Of a DNA stretch of 64,000 nt, positions 1 to 9,902 are shown piece by piece. The first letter of the stretch is position 1, and every line of letters starts with the position of its first letter. The notes beneath the pieces are model-generated. The model ran no database searches, was not told where the DNA came from, and was given only the letters and a program-made list of their open reading frames with translations. The stretch covers positions 6,176,001 through 6,240,000 of the forward strand of contig OZ245046.1 in assembly GCA_965224245.1 (NCBI GenBank), read 5' to 3'. The stretch is from Candidatus Eiseniibacteriota bacterium (GTDB taxonomy: Bacteria; Eisenbacteria; RBG-16-71-46; CAZAMP01). Made by a program: the position numbers and the translations under genes.

Positions 1-65
1 CAACCGCGCACCAGATCGCGCCTCATCACGCCTTAGCGCCCCGGTGATCCGAGACCGCATGACGC
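1..65 (-). mobile_element. F2 rve-element right-end remnant (cut by window edge)
   Basis: caaccgcgcaccagatcgcgcctcatcacgccttagcgccccggtgatccgagacc aligns with 26740-26794 (caaccgcgcaccacaccgagcctccatcacgccttggcgcccgtgatccgagacc). Confidence 0.75.
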
Positions 66-193
66 TTCTACCGCTACATGCCGGTCAAGCCGATCCGCCT
101 CGCTGCCGATCTCGATTACGTGTCGGCGAGTCGGCGAGCGGTCGACTCACCGGCCGCGAGATGTCGCGCTCGGGGCGCGGCTCATCGGTGTGA

Positions 194-3100
194 TCACCGG
201 ATCCGAACGACCGTGAGCTCGTGTGTGCCGCCCGTACCGCGCGCGCGGACGAAGTACACGCCGCTCGGAACCAATCGCCCCGCGACGTCGCGGCCGTCCC
301 AGACGACGTCGTGATGACCCGCTGGCAGGTTCGCGTCGACGAGATCGCGCACGACCCGTCCGCCGACGTCGTAGACGACCACCGATGTTCGCCCGCTTCC
401 CCCGCCGAGGCCCCCTGCGGTGGCGAAGCGTACGGTCAGCTCGCCGCCCCGATATGGGAGGGGCCACGCGTCGAGCGGCGACTGTGGTCGTGGCGAGACG
501 TCTCCCAGGAGCAATGCCTCGCCGAAGCCGTTGATCGCGTGAAGCCGGTAGCGCGAGGCGAGCGTTCCCGCAGGATCATGAAGAGTTGTCTCGCGGGTGA
601 GTGGAGCAATCGCGTCCCACCCCGATCCGCGCGCGCGTCCGACACGATAACCTCCGAGGTCGTCGGGGCCGGGCTCGGTGCTCCAGGACACGTCGACGCC
701 CCCGCCGGATGCCGGATACGCGTGGAGCCTGAGCAGTGAGACCGAGCTCTCGATCGTGAAGACGGGAGACTCCGCGATGGAGCGCGGCGCTTCTCGCTCG
801 AGCCGGAGTTTCGCGAACCGCGACGGCGCGTGCGGGACGTGAAGATCGACCCGGTTGCCGGTGAGATTCCTCTCCAGCGTCTGCCACGTGTGCCCGCCGT
901 CGACCGAGAGGGAGAGATCCACGCGGCCGTGCCCATCCCAGCTCGCCGTGCGAACCGCCCCCACCGGCCACGCGACCCCGAGCTCCGGGCCGCCGATCTC
1001 TACCGCCGCGGACACGTATCGAAGATCCCGCGCGTCGAAGTCCAGATACGCGATGCGCGCCCGGCCCTGGCGGTCGAGCACGAGGCTCGTCGTCCAGCCA
1101 CCGAGGTCCACATGATCCGCCCGCTCGACGATCCAGCGCGTGGTGGGCCTTCTCGCGTACATGAGCTCGTTGGTGCTGAGATGCCAGTAGCTGACGTGCG
1201 GCGTGCCGGACGCGTTCAGGACGAGGGAGGGGTAATGGCCGACACTGCCCTCGTCGTGGACCGTCTCGAGCACCCACGACGAGCCGGGCGCCTTCGTCGC
1301 CACCTTGAGATCACTGTTCGTGACATCGAAGTAGCTGATGACGGCACCCCCGAAGGCATCGATCGCGAGCGAGGTGTACCAGCCGACGTTACCGTCCTCA
1401 TCGACGCGCTCGGAGAACCACGTGCCGTCCTTCCACGCGAACATCAGGTCTCCCGCGACGTCGTCGTAGTAGCTGATGCAGGGGCGTCCCGCCGCGTCCA
1501 GGGCCAGAGAGCTGTGCCGACCAACGACGCCGGTCGCATCGACAGTCTCGAAGGTCCACACGCCGCCCGTGCGGTGGGCGTACTCGAGATCGCCGTTGGT
1601 CTCGTCGTGGTAGCTCACGTGCGGTACGCCCTCGTCATCGAAGACCAAAGAACTGTACGAGCCGACGTCGCCCGTCTGGTCGAGCGTGACCGTGGTCCAC
1701 GAGCTGTCGGTCTGGGCCGCGTACTTGAGGTCGCCGTTCGTGTTGTCGTGGTAGCTGATCGCGGCGGTTCCGGCGGGGTCGAAGGCCAGCGACAGATGTT
1801 GACCCACGTCACCGGCGGCGTCGACGACCTCGGTGGCCCATGTCCCGCCCGAGCGGCGCGCGAACTTGAGATCGTCGGCCGTGCTGTCGTAGTAGCCGAT
1901 GTTCGGGTTGCCGTTCGGGTCGAGCCCCATGGAGGCAAAGAACCCGACGTCGTTTGCGGAGGCGTCGACGGTTCGGCTCCACCAGGGAGACTCCATGTCG
2001 GGCGCGATCGTGAAGCTTCCGCGGGTCGTGAACTCTGCGTAGGGACTTTGGCGGACGATCTGAAGCCTGGCGTTCTCCGTGGTAACGTCGGGCACGACGA
2101 GTGGCGTGGCGTGGGAGGTCACGTTCGAGAGGAGCGTTTCGAACGTGAGCCCGCCGTCGGTGGAGAGGCGCATGTCGATCGGTCCCAGGCCGTCCCAGCG
2201 AACGAGCTGCTCGCTTCCGGCCCGCCAGTACGCTCCCGCCAGCGGGGCGCCCACGCGAAAGGCCGCGCTCGCGTAGTTGAGGTCCGAGCCCTCGCCGTCG
2301 TGGTAGGCGATGTGCGGGTTCCCTTCCCGGTCGATCGCGATCGACGTATCGTGCGTGATGCCGTCCTCGACGACCTGGAGGGTCCAGGCGCCGACGGCGT
2401 TCGACGCGTACTTGACCACGTCGCCTGGATCGACGCCCGTGCTGTAGGCGATGTGCACGGCGCCGTCGCTGCCGATCAGCAACGAGCTGTGTGACGCTCG
2501 GTGGTCGAGCGAGTCCGCCACCCAACCATCTGCCACCTGCCGAGCGTATAGGAGGCCGTTGTCCGTGCAGCTGATGTGGACTCTGCCCTCGTCATCGATG
2601 TCGATCCCCGGCAAGACGGGAAGGGGAAAGATGGTCGTGAGGGCGGCCTCTGTCGACCAGGACCCCGTAGCGTTTGACGCGTATCTGAGCCGCGACGGGG
2701 TGAGGTCGATGTATGCGATGTGTGCGTTGCCGTCGGCGTCTACTGCGATCCGGTGCTCACCGCTGAAGTCCGTGTCCACGAGCTCCGTCGTCCATCCGCC
2801 TCCGGTACGCCGCGCGTACCAGAGCTCCGCCCCGTTACCCAGCGTGTAGCTGATGTGTACGTCACCGAGTGCGTCGATCGCGATCGAGTTCTCCCCGGTG
2901 TCCGTCGTGTCGACCGTTTCGGTGACCCATGAGCCGCTGGAGTTCGTGGCGTACTCGAGTCCGTCGCTACCGCCGTCCGCGGAAAAGCTGACGTGTGCGT
3001 GTCCGCGCGCGTCGAGCGTGAAGGAGGGATTCTTCCCCGGCGAGGCCGCGGTCTCGGAGACCCACACGCCGTCGACATTCCGGGCGTACTTCACCAGATT

Positions 3101-3280
3101 ATCGGTCTGGGCGGAGTAGACGATGTGGGGATCGCCGTGGGCATCGAGCGCCATCGTCGGAGAACGCCCAGTGTCGTTGGTAGCTTCGACCTTGGACAAC
3201 ACGAACCCCTTCTCCGCAGAAGCGGGGCTCGCGAGCGCGAGGAAGAGGAGCAACGCTCCCCGATGTTCGAGCGTCCGCAC
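194..3280 (-). CDS. Secreted beta-propeller repeat protein with C-terminal FlgD-Ig/T9SS-like domain
   Basis: GTG start after GGGAG; signal peptide LLLFLALASPASA; two blocks of SLALDxxGxPHISY(Y)D...LxYA repeats; ends VYDVGGRVVR...WDGRD..G..VPSGVYFVR. Confidence 0.85.
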   Translation of the reverse strand: MRTLEHRGALLLFLALASPASAEKGFVLSKVEATNDTGRSPTMALDAHGDPHIVYSAQTDNLVKYARNVDGVWVSETAASPGKNPSFTLDARGHAHVSFSADGGSDGLEYATNSSGSWVTETVDTTDTGENSIAIDALGDVHISYTLGNGAELWYARRTGGGWTTELVDTDFSGEHRIAVDADGNAHIAYIDLTPSRLRYASNATGSWSTEAALTTIFPLPVLPGIDIDDEGRVHISCTDNGLLYARQVADGWVADSLDHRASHSSLLIGSDGAVHIAYSTGVDPGDVVKYASNAVGAWTLQVVEDGITHDTSIAIDREGNPHIAYHDGEGSDLNYASAAFRVGAPLAGAYWRAGSEQLVRWDGLGPIDMRLSTDGGLTFETLLSNVTSHATPLVVPDVTTENARLQIVRQSPYAEFTTRGSFTIAPDMESPWWSRTVDASANDVGFFASMGLDPNGNPNIGYYDSTADDLKFARRSGGTWATEVVDAAGDVGQHLSLAFDPAGTAAISYHDNTNGDLKYAAQTDSSWTTVTLDQTGDVGSYSSLVFDDEGVPHVSYHDETNGDLEYAHRTGGVWTFETVDATGVVGRHSSLALDAAGRPCISYYDDVAGDLMFAWKDGTWFSERVDEDGNVGWYTSLAIDAFGGAVISYFDVTNSDLKVATKAPGSSWVLETVHDEGSVGHYPSLVLNASGTPHVSYWHLSTNELMYARRPTTRWIVERADHVDLGGWTTSLVLDRQGRARIAYLDFDARDLRYVSAAVEIGGPELGVAWPVGAVRTASWDGHGRVDLSLSVDGGHTWQTLERNLTGNRVDLHVPHAPSRFAKLRLEREAPRSIAESPVFTIESSVSLLRLHAYPASGGGVDVSWSTEPGPDDLGGYRVGRARGSGWDAIAPLTRETTLHDPAGTLASRYRLHAINGFGEALLLGDVSPRPQSPLDAWPLPYRGGELTVRFATAGGLGGGSGRTSVVVYDVGGRVVRDLVDANLPAGHHDVVWDGRDVAGRLVPSGVYFVRARGTGGTHELTVVRIR

Positions 3281-3404
3281 CGTATTCTCCCGTGTTGTGG
3301 CACCGAGACGTGGTCCGCCGTTTCCCTGCGGCGCGCGGGAGCGCACCGAGACCGATCGGATACGGCGATCCGTCGTGCCCTGCTGCTCGTGAAGCTGAGG
3401 GTCC

Positions 3405-3610
3405 TGTCCCTCCCGAAGTCCCGGACACCTTGCAGCCGCGGACGTTGCCTCGATTGCGTGGCAGCCTGCCCGGCTCCTACCGACATCTATTCTACCCGGA
3501 AAATCCGATCCTCGCTGCGCTTCTGGCCTTCGTGCGTACGTTCACGCTTTCGCGATCCCGCCTCCAGATCGAGAACGCCGCCCTCCGACATCAGTTAGCG
3601 GTCCTTCGAC
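3405..3610 (+). mobile_element. F2 element left end plus N-terminal integrase fragment
   Basis: Starts TGTCCCTCCCGAAG; encodes ILAALLAFVRTFTLSRSRLQIENAALRHQLAVL, homologous to 12353..12640 (MLAAIIALIRAVFVSHARLRIENAVLRYQLSV). Confidence 0.75.
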
Positions 3611-3690
3611 TGTCCATGCCGAAAACCAACCGCGAACCACACCGAGCCTCCATCACGCCTCAGCGCCCTCGTGCCGCGCGTGCCCGAGTC
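3611..3690 (-). mobile_element. F2 element right end
   Basis: TGTCCATGCCGAAAACCAACCGCGAACCACACCGAGCCTCCATCACG, nearly identical to 26724 and similar to 11986 and 6076. Confidence 0.85.
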
Positions 3691-3728
3691 ACCTTGCAGC
3701 CCGGACTCGGGCGTCCGCTGCACGCAGG

Positions 3729-4277
3729 CTAATGGAGGAGCTCCAGCTTTCGCGTCAGCTTCCACCGGTCGGCTTGGAGCCGCAGGAAGTACATGCCGCC
3801 GGGCATCTGCCGGCCTCGATCGTCGCGTCCGTTCCAGGTGAGGAGGTGTGTTCCGGGGGCGAAGGATCGATCGGCGAGGGTAACGACGTGCTGGCCACCG
3901 GCGGAGAACACCTCGATGCGAGCCGAGCTGACATCCATCGTCTCGAAGGCGACCGAACCTCCGGCTCGGAACGGGTTCGGAGCGACCGTCATGTCGATGC
4001 CGGGGATCGTCGGGAGTACGGCGTCGACGGGATCGACGGTGATGGGTCCCGCACACTGTCGCGGCGAGATCTCGAGCCAGGACGTGCCGGGATCGCTCCG
4101 GCCCACTCGGTAGACATGATCGCCGGATGCCGCCACGTCGCCTGCGCGGGGCTGCATGATTCCGCCGACCATTCGGGGAGACGCAGGATTGTCCACTCCA
4201 TCGAGAGCCGTGACGATGACGCTTCTACCGATCCATCTCCTGATCGTGATCCTCGCTGGGTGGTCCGGAAGGACCAA
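3729..4277 (-). pseudogene. 3' remnant of an LVIVD-repeat protein retaining only the FlgD-Ig CTD
   Basis: No signal peptide; partial LVIVD-like repeat (DNPASPRMVG...DVAASGDHVY) followed by PNPF...WNGRDDRG...GMYFLRL. Confidence 0.65.
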
Positions 4278-4385
4278 TGGGTTCGGGCTGCAAGCATCGG
4301 CATGGTCCGGGTAGAATCGTCTTCTGAGAACGAGCCCAAGAGGATGGCCGCCAATGCCCCAACGTCAATGGGGATATGTCCACGG
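4245..4385 (-). mobile_element. Degenerate F2 left-end remnant
   Basis: ggctgcaagcat-cggcatggtccgggtagaat matches ggctgcaagcat-gggcgttcccagcgtagaat at 12629-12660, the integrase start MLAA on the minus strand. Confidence 0.55.
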
Positions 4386-4409
4386 CTCAGTCTCAAAAGA
4401 GGTACGTAC

Positions 4410-5027
4410 ATGGCACGCCTCGCTGAGCTCGGTCTGCCGTGCCTCGTCTCGGCTACGACGTCCTGGGCCGAGCCGTGTGACGACGCGATCCTGGAACAGC
4501 TTCCCAACGAAGGCGACTGGTATCTCTCCGTCGAGAGGTGCGGCTGGCTCTATGCCGAGTTCGCCGACAACGTGGTGTTCCCGGCCGAGGCCATCTCGTG
4601 CATGCGCTGGTGGGGGGCCACCTCACACGACCCGCGACCGGTTCCGTTTCGGATCCGCGTGTACGCTCCTGGAGCCGGCGGTGCGCCGGGAGAGGTCGTT
4701 TACGAACACTTCACTTCCGAGATCGACGGTTTCGAGGTCCCCATCGGCGGACGCGAGTACCGGACAGAAGTGCCAGTGTTCGAGCCAGTGCCCGGACAGC
4801 CGTACTTCTTGTCCATCCAGGGGTACTGCCCCGGGCAGTACTGGCGGTGGTGCACGGGGGACGGCGACGACGTGCCGGTCTGGTTTCGCTACCCCGAGGG
4901 CGGGTACCCGGACTGGACGGTGAACGACCTACCCGAGCCGGACTTGAGCTTTCAGCTCCTGGGTGAACTCTCGACGGTGCCCGTGCGCGAGGAGAGCTGG
5001 TCGGCGATCAAAGCTGTGTTCCGTTGA
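4410..5027 (+). CDS. Small secreted beta-sandwich protein with SWxxIK C-terminal tail
   Basis: ATG after AAGAGG; domain homologous to the N-terminal domain of 32263..35349 (ADN...WWG...FRI...PG.tY..SIQ...GDGD...DL.F.LL); ends PVREESWSAIKAVFR. Confidence 0.75.
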   Translation: MARLAELGLPCLVSATTSWAEPCDDAILEQLPNEGDWYLSVERCGWLYAEFADNVVFPAEAISCMRWWGATSHDPRPVPFRIRVYAPGAGGAPGEVVYEHFTSEIDGFEVPIGGREYRTEVPVFEPVPGQPYFLSIQGYCPGQYWRWCTGDGDDVPVWFRYPEGGYPDWTVNDLPEPDLSFQLLGELSTVPVREESWSAIKAVFR

Positions 5028-5051
5028 TCGCGTGGTGTCCGAAGTCGAGCG

Positions 5052-5214
5052 CGTAGTGTCCGAAAACCCGACCGCGTTGCCAACCAGTAACTTACGAGCC
5101 CCATGCTAGACTCGTCGCATCCATCTCCAGCTCCTGCTGGCCACGTTCTCGGCATGGATCGGACGTCAGCAGGCGTCAGTCGTTGCGAGGTCGTTCGAGT
5201 TTTTGGACAGCACG
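5052..5214 (+). mobile_element. F1 miniature element (MITE-like, 163 bp)
   Basis: Imperfect terminal inverted repeats (TIRs) CGTAGTGTCCGAAAACCCG / CGAGTTTTTGGACAGCACG; internal HLQLLLATFSAWIG integrase N-terminal remnant. Confidence 0.8.
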
Positions 5215-5294
5215 CCCGCATGCGAAATGGTCTACAATTACCAGAGATTGCGGAAGACATCTTCGTTCGAAACGCCGAGAAAGGAGCAGGCACG

Positions 5295-5888
5295 ATGTTC
5301 TACAGGCACGGACGTTGCGTGATGGTCGCGGGCGCGTCGCTTCTCTTTGCGTCGGGTGCGATCGCCGCGGACGACAACGAGAGCGCACCGGTCACCGAGC
5401 CCGGCCACCCGCATCTTCCGGTGGACGCCGAGTCCGTCACCGCCACCTTCCCCGGTCCACTGGACAGCTTCTCGATCAACCTCACCATCGTGAACGGATC
5501 GAGCGAGTCGATCGTCTCGTTCGTCCTCGACGGTCAGCGCGAGACCGATGCGATCACCTGGGACTCGATGGGATCCTTTTCCGGTCCGGCGACCCTCGAG
5601 ATGCTCAACGGCGAGGACACCGAGGTTGTAGTGGCCATCTTCTCCGGATTCGATCCCGGCGAGGCGGTCAGCTTCACCGGCATCGATCCCGACTTCACCG
5701 GCGACCCCTCCTCCGGTGTCACCATCGGCGATATCGCCGGACTCCGCTCGGCGGTGGAGACCGCGGGGCTTGCCGGTGACGACGTATACGAGGTCATGGG
5801 ATCCGACGTCGTGGCGATCATCAAGCTCGCGGGGGATACCCCGGTCGAGTCGGCCAGCTGGACGCGGATCAAGCAGCTCTACCGATAG
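5295..5888 (+). CDS. Small secreted acidic protein with SWxxIK C-terminal tail
   Basis: AAGGAG RBS; signal peptide VMVAGASLLFASGAIA; ends TPVESASWTRIKQLYR. Confidence 0.8.
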   Translation: MFYRHGRCVMVAGASLLFASGAIAADDNESAPVTEPGHPHLPVDAESVTATFPGPLDSFSINLTIVNGSSESIVSFVLDGQRETDAITWDSMGSFSGPATLEMLNGEDTEVVVAIFSGFDPGEAVSFTGIDPDFTGDPSSGVTIGDIAGLRSAVETAGLAGDDVYEVMGSDVVAIIKLAGDTPVESASWTRIKQLYR

Positions 5889-6075
5889 CGCTGTGATCGG
5901 AGCGGCAGGTGAGTGCCAGGGTGCGGTAGACCGTCGCCCGTGAGCCGGGACACGTTCGTTGCGCGCCCGGTGGTGAACTCGCACGGACCCCGGCCTTGCG
6001 GCAGGCGTCGCGGTAGGGGGCCAGCGCGGCGTGGTAGGCGTCCTTGGCTGCGCCGATGATGGTCCGCGCCTGCGT

Positions 6076-6367
6076 AGTCCCTACCGAAAACCAACTGCAC
6101 AGCCAAGCCGCGCCTCCATCCGGTTCGTGGGCCGTGTCTCCACTCTCTGTTGATGGTTAGCGTCACCAACAGAAGAGCGGACATGGCCCGCGCTTTTCGA
6201 GCGCGGGTCCGCCTATCTCCGCAAGATGAAAAACGATCTATAGAAGAAACGGTACACTCACGCATGGGCGTTCCCGGCGTAGAATGGAAATGAGGGCGAC
6301 GCTGGGAAGCTGGCCCGGTGGGGGCGTAACGTCGACTGGCGCAGGGTGCATGGGTTCGACAGGGACA
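6076..6367 (-). mobile_element. F2 miniature element (292 bp) with foreign hairpin-rich insert
   Basis: Right end AGTCCCTACCGAAAACCAACTGCAC at 6076; 6262-6367 matches the F2 left end at 12637-12744 and finishes GGGACA. Confidence 0.75.
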
Positions 6368-6463
6368 CTCTGACGACTAAACGAGCCACGCGTTCGCACC
6401 GTGGATGGAGTAAGATTGCAAGGGCTTGGGTGCATTGACTGACTCCACCTCGGGAGTTGGATC

Positions 6464-9400
6464 TTGAGACACGCCATGAGGCTCTTCTGCCTGTTCCTAC
6501 CGCTCGGCCCGACTCCAACCCAGGCGTTTCCGTCCTTCAGCATCCATGCGAAGGACGGCGTCACCGGCGATGCAGGTCAGTTTCTGGGGCAGCGAGTGGG
6601 ACCGGCCGGCGACGTCAACGGGGACGGCTACGCCGATGTCGTGGTAGGCATGCCGACGACGGCGGCCCACAGTGGGTCCATCGAGGTCTACCTGGGCAAC
6701 GGTGTCGCCGTGGACCCCAACCCGATCTTCGAATACGAGCTCGACCTGCCCACGGCTCGCCTGGGTGAAGTGGTGACCGCCGCCGGCGATGTCGACGGCG
6801 ACGGGTTCGGGGACATCGCGGTAGGGTGTCCGCACTACTACAACGGTGAGTTCAACGAAGGTGCGATCTTCATCTTCCGCGGTCAACCCGGCGGCGTCGT
6901 GGACACGCCGTGGATACTGGAAGGCGACGAGGAAGGGGCGCAGCTTGGAACGTCGGTGTCATGGGTCGGAGACGCCAACGGCGACGGTTATGACGAGATC
7001 ATGACGGGAGCGCCGTACTGGGGTGGCTTTGGCAGTCCCGTCTACGTTCCCGTCCAGGGGAATGCGCGCGTCTACTACGGATCGCCGAGCGGTCCCCAGA
7101 CCTCCGGCGCCTGGAGCCTCCTCGGCGGGCAGGAGGACATGGAGTACGGAGCCGCGGTGGCGGGATTGGGAGACGTCAACGGCGACGGCTACAACGATGT
7201 CGCGGTGGGGGCGCCTCGGTGGGATCCGAGCTCGATCGATACCGACCATGGCCGGGTCTACTGCTACCTGGGGTCGGGCAGTGGAATCTCGGCTACCGCT
7301 TCTTGGGACTACCCCGGTGAGGGGCCGGGATACTTCGTGGGCGAGTCTCTGGCTCGCGCCGGAGACCTGAACGGCGACGGTTACGCCGATCTCGTCATGT
7401 CCGCGCCGAGCCGAGATTTGTTCTATGACGGTTGGATGTACGTGTTTCACGGGGGCTCCGCCGGTCTCCAGAGTTCCCCGGTCTTCTCCGGCGGGGGAGA
7501 TTCGATCTCCCAGCATCTGGGAAAGGTACGCACGGGGGGCGACGTCAACGGTGACGGCTTCGCGGATGTTCTGGTGGCGGGATCCCAGTCGCAATGGATC
7601 TACCTCGGGTCTTCGTCGGTTGCTCAGCTCGTGGAGCTCGAACCGGACACCGGAACGGACTGGTACGACGACGTCGGTCTCGCCGGTGACCTCAACGAGG
7701 ACGGTCGTAGCGACCTGGCTCTGGGCGACTCCAGCTGGCTCGACGACAGCGGCGCTGTCTGGCTGTATCTCATGATGCACGGCCCGCCTACCAGCGCAGG
7801 ATCCGGGCAGTACCACTGGGCACGCAGCGACGGACCATTCATGGACCCCGACGGCTTCTTCGGCACCGGCGTCAGTGTCGGTGGGGACGTCAATGGCGAT
7901 GGATTCGACGACCTGGTTCTCGGCGCTCGCGGTTCGGATACTCAGGCCATCGACGCTGGACACGTGGAGCTGTACCTCGGAAACGCGGATGGTCTTCACA
8001 CCTCGGACCCTGACTGGTTGTATTCAGGGACAGCGCCGGGAGGAAACCTGGGCTTCAGCGTAGACACCGCGGGCGACGTCAACGGTGACGGCTACGCCGA
8101 CATCGTTGTCGGGGAGCCCGGGGCGGACCGTATCCACGCATTTCACGGAGGTCCGACCGGACCGTCGGCGCTGCCGGATTGGACCCATACGTTCGAGGTC
8201 CCCGGCACCTGGTTCGGGCAGTTCGTGGCGGGCGCAGGCGACGTGAATGGCGATGGATACGCGGACGTCATCGCGGGATCCCCGTACTACGACGGTGGAA
8301 TGACCGACCAGGGCGTGGTTCGCGTGTTCTTCGGGTCCTCCGGCGGGTTGACCGGTTTCGACACCATCTTGTCGCTGGTGGACCAGAGCGAGTTCGGCCG
8401 CGACGGCGACGGCGCGGATCTCAACGGCGATGGGTACAGCGATCTCGCAGTGGGAGTGCCACGGCGTAACAACGGAGACGTCTGGGTCTACGACGGAGGC
8501 CCGGACGGTGTGAACATGACGCCGAGGACCCATCCCGGACCGTCGTACGCCGACGGTCTGGGCTGGAGCGTCTCCAGCATCGGCGACCTCTTCGGGATTC
8601 GGGGCCCCGTTGGAGAGGCCACGGAGGATCTGATCGTCGGGATGCCGTTCTCGGAACTCGTGTCCGACAACAGTGGAGGCGTGTTCACGCTCGTGGGCTC
8701 GCCCTCTTCGGCACACTTCCTCTGGCAGGACTTCACGGGTGAGTTCGGATCGTTGTTTGGTTGGTCCACGGAGACCGCCGGGGACTGGAACCTCGACACG
8801 CTGTCGGACTTCGTGGTCGGTGGACCCGGGGGCCGCCGTATCACTCTCGCGGGCATGGATCGCCTGTCCCTGAACTTACTCGAGTATTGGCATGAAACGA
8901 CCCCGAAGACCCCCGGGAGCTGTTGCGCCGGCTTCGCAGTGAGCGGCGGCGGTGATCTCAACGGCGACGGAATCCCCGATTATGCGGTGGGGGCTGGCTT
9001 CCCCTGGGACGACGATCCGAGCCTACCCGACGAGACCAAGGGCGGCGTGCACGTGTACTACGGCACTTCCGACGCGACGCTGAGTCTTCCGTATCATGTG
9101 CGTCAGACGACGACCGCAGGGGAACCGATTGCCCTGGGTGGGCTCGTCCCTAACGCCGGGCAGGACGTGCGCCTGTCCATCCGCGGGAGGACCGCGGCGG
9201 GGAGTGCCCGCGTCCGGGCCGAGGCGATGGTGTCGCCCGTGGGCGTTCCATTCCAGTCCACCAGCAGCACGGGCTGGGTGTCGGTCGGACCGGGAGGCCA
9301 GTCGCCCACGTTTCAGCTCGACTTCACGCTGTCTCCGGAGACCGACTATCGCTGGACGATGCGTGTGGTCAACGACGATCCGCTCTTTCCTGGATCCCCG

Positions 9401-9769
9401 TGGCTCACGAATCTTCCCGCGGGCAGGTACACCAAGCACTTCCGGACCGGCGCCGGGATGCTCGCGGTGCAGCCGGGGACTGTGGTATCGACCGGACCGC
9501 GTTTTCGTCGGGTCTGGCCGAATCCGAGCCCGGGTCGATCTCACGTATCGTTCTTCACTCCGGAAACTGGTCCCGTGGACCTGGACGTCTTCGACGTGGC
9601 GGGCCGGCGGGTCGCTCGCCTGGTCCAGGGTAACCTCACTGCTGGACACCACCATGCATCGTGGAACGGTCGGGATCGGTCGGGGCAACCCGTGGCGCAC
9701 GGAGTGTATCAGCTCCGATTGCTCACTCCGGATCAGGTGGTGACGACGAGAATCCTCGTGGTGCGCTGA
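6464..9769 (+). CDS. FG-GAP/integrin-alpha repeat protein with FlgD-Ig CTD
   Basis: Many AGDVNGDGYADxxVG[AM]P repeats; ends WPNPS...FDVAGRRV...WNGRDRSG..VAHGVY; alternative ATG start at 6476. Confidence 0.9.
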   Translation: MRHAMRLFCLFLPLGPTPTQAFPSFSIHAKDGVTGDAGQFLGQRVGPAGDVNGDGYADVVVGMPTTAAHSGSIEVYLGNGVAVDPNPIFEYELDLPTARLGEVVTAAGDVDGDGFGDIAVGCPHYYNGEFNEGAIFIFRGQPGGVVDTPWILEGDEEGAQLGTSVSWVGDANGDGYDEIMTGAPYWGGFGSPVYVPVQGNARVYYGSPSGPQTSGAWSLLGGQEDMEYGAAVAGLGDVNGDGYNDVAVGAPRWDPSSIDTDHGRVYCYLGSGSGISATASWDYPGEGPGYFVGESLARAGDLNGDGYADLVMSAPSRDLFYDGWMYVFHGGSAGLQSSPVFSGGGDSISQHLGKVRTGGDVNGDGFADVLVAGSQSQWIYLGSSSVAQLVELEPDTGTDWYDDVGLAGDLNEDGRSDLALGDSSWLDDSGAVWLYLMMHGPPTSAGSGQYHWARSDGPFMDPDGFFGTGVSVGGDVNGDGFDDLVLGARGSDTQAIDAGHVELYLGNADGLHTSDPDWLYSGTAPGGNLGFSVDTAGDVNGDGYADIVVGEPGADRIHAFHGGPTGPSALPDWTHTFEVPGTWFGQFVAGAGDVNGDGYADVIAGSPYYDGGMTDQGVVRVFFGSSGGLTGFDTILSLVDQSEFGRDGDGADLNGDGYSDLAVGVPRRNNGDVWVYDGGPDGVNMTPRTHPGPSYADGLGWSVSSIGDLFGIRGPVGEATEDLIVGMPFSELVSDNSGGVFTLVGSPSSAHFLWQDFTGEFGSLFGWSTETAGDWNLDTLSDFVVGGPGGRRITLAGMDRLSLNLLEYWHETTPKTPGSCCAGFAVSGGGDLNGDGIPDYAVGAGFPWDDDPSLPDETKGGVHVYYGTSDATLSLPYHVRQTTTAGEPIALGGLVPNAGQDVRLSIRGRTAAGSARVRAEAMVSPVGVPFQSTSSTGWVSVGPGGQSPTFQLDFTLSPETDYRWTMRVVNDDPLFPGSPWLTNLPAGRYTKHFRTGAGMLAVQPGTVVSTGPRFRRVWPNPSPGRSHVSFFTPETGPVDLDVFDVAGRRVARLVQGNLTAGHHHASWNGRDRSGQPVAHGVYQLRLLTPDQVVTTRILVVR

Positions 9770-9783
9770 CATGCAACGGCTGT

Positions 9784-9805
9784 CGTAGGGTCAACTCGTT
9801 CGACC
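9784..9805 (-). mobile_element. Possible F1 right-end remnant
   Basis: cgtagggtcaactcgttcgacc resembles the reverse complement of ggtcggtcgagtttctcgaccctacc (55612-55637). Confidence 0.4.
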
Positions 9806-9902
9806 GAGCTGCAACTTGGTTCCGTTGTCGAGCTTCGCCGCCAGCCTGCGACGGCTCCCCGGCCGAGCCGCAACCTGGCTCTCTCGTTGAGCCTACCGCG
9901 CA

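Noticed and set aside
830-2494. Long antisense or alternate-frame ORFs (e.g. 830..2494, 12893..14323, 20706..22946, 23873..25912, 55791..57404)
   Set aside because: Shadow ORFs of high-GC genes; Arg/Pro-rich with no motifs, overlapping well-supported CDSs.
3732-4409. N-terminal 226 aa of ORF 3732..5027, and similar upstream extensions of 5103, 29003, 35356, 55647 and 59872
   Set aside because: They overlap opposite-strand genes, other CDSs, element remnants or spacer DNA; better starts with RBS or signal peptides lie downstream.
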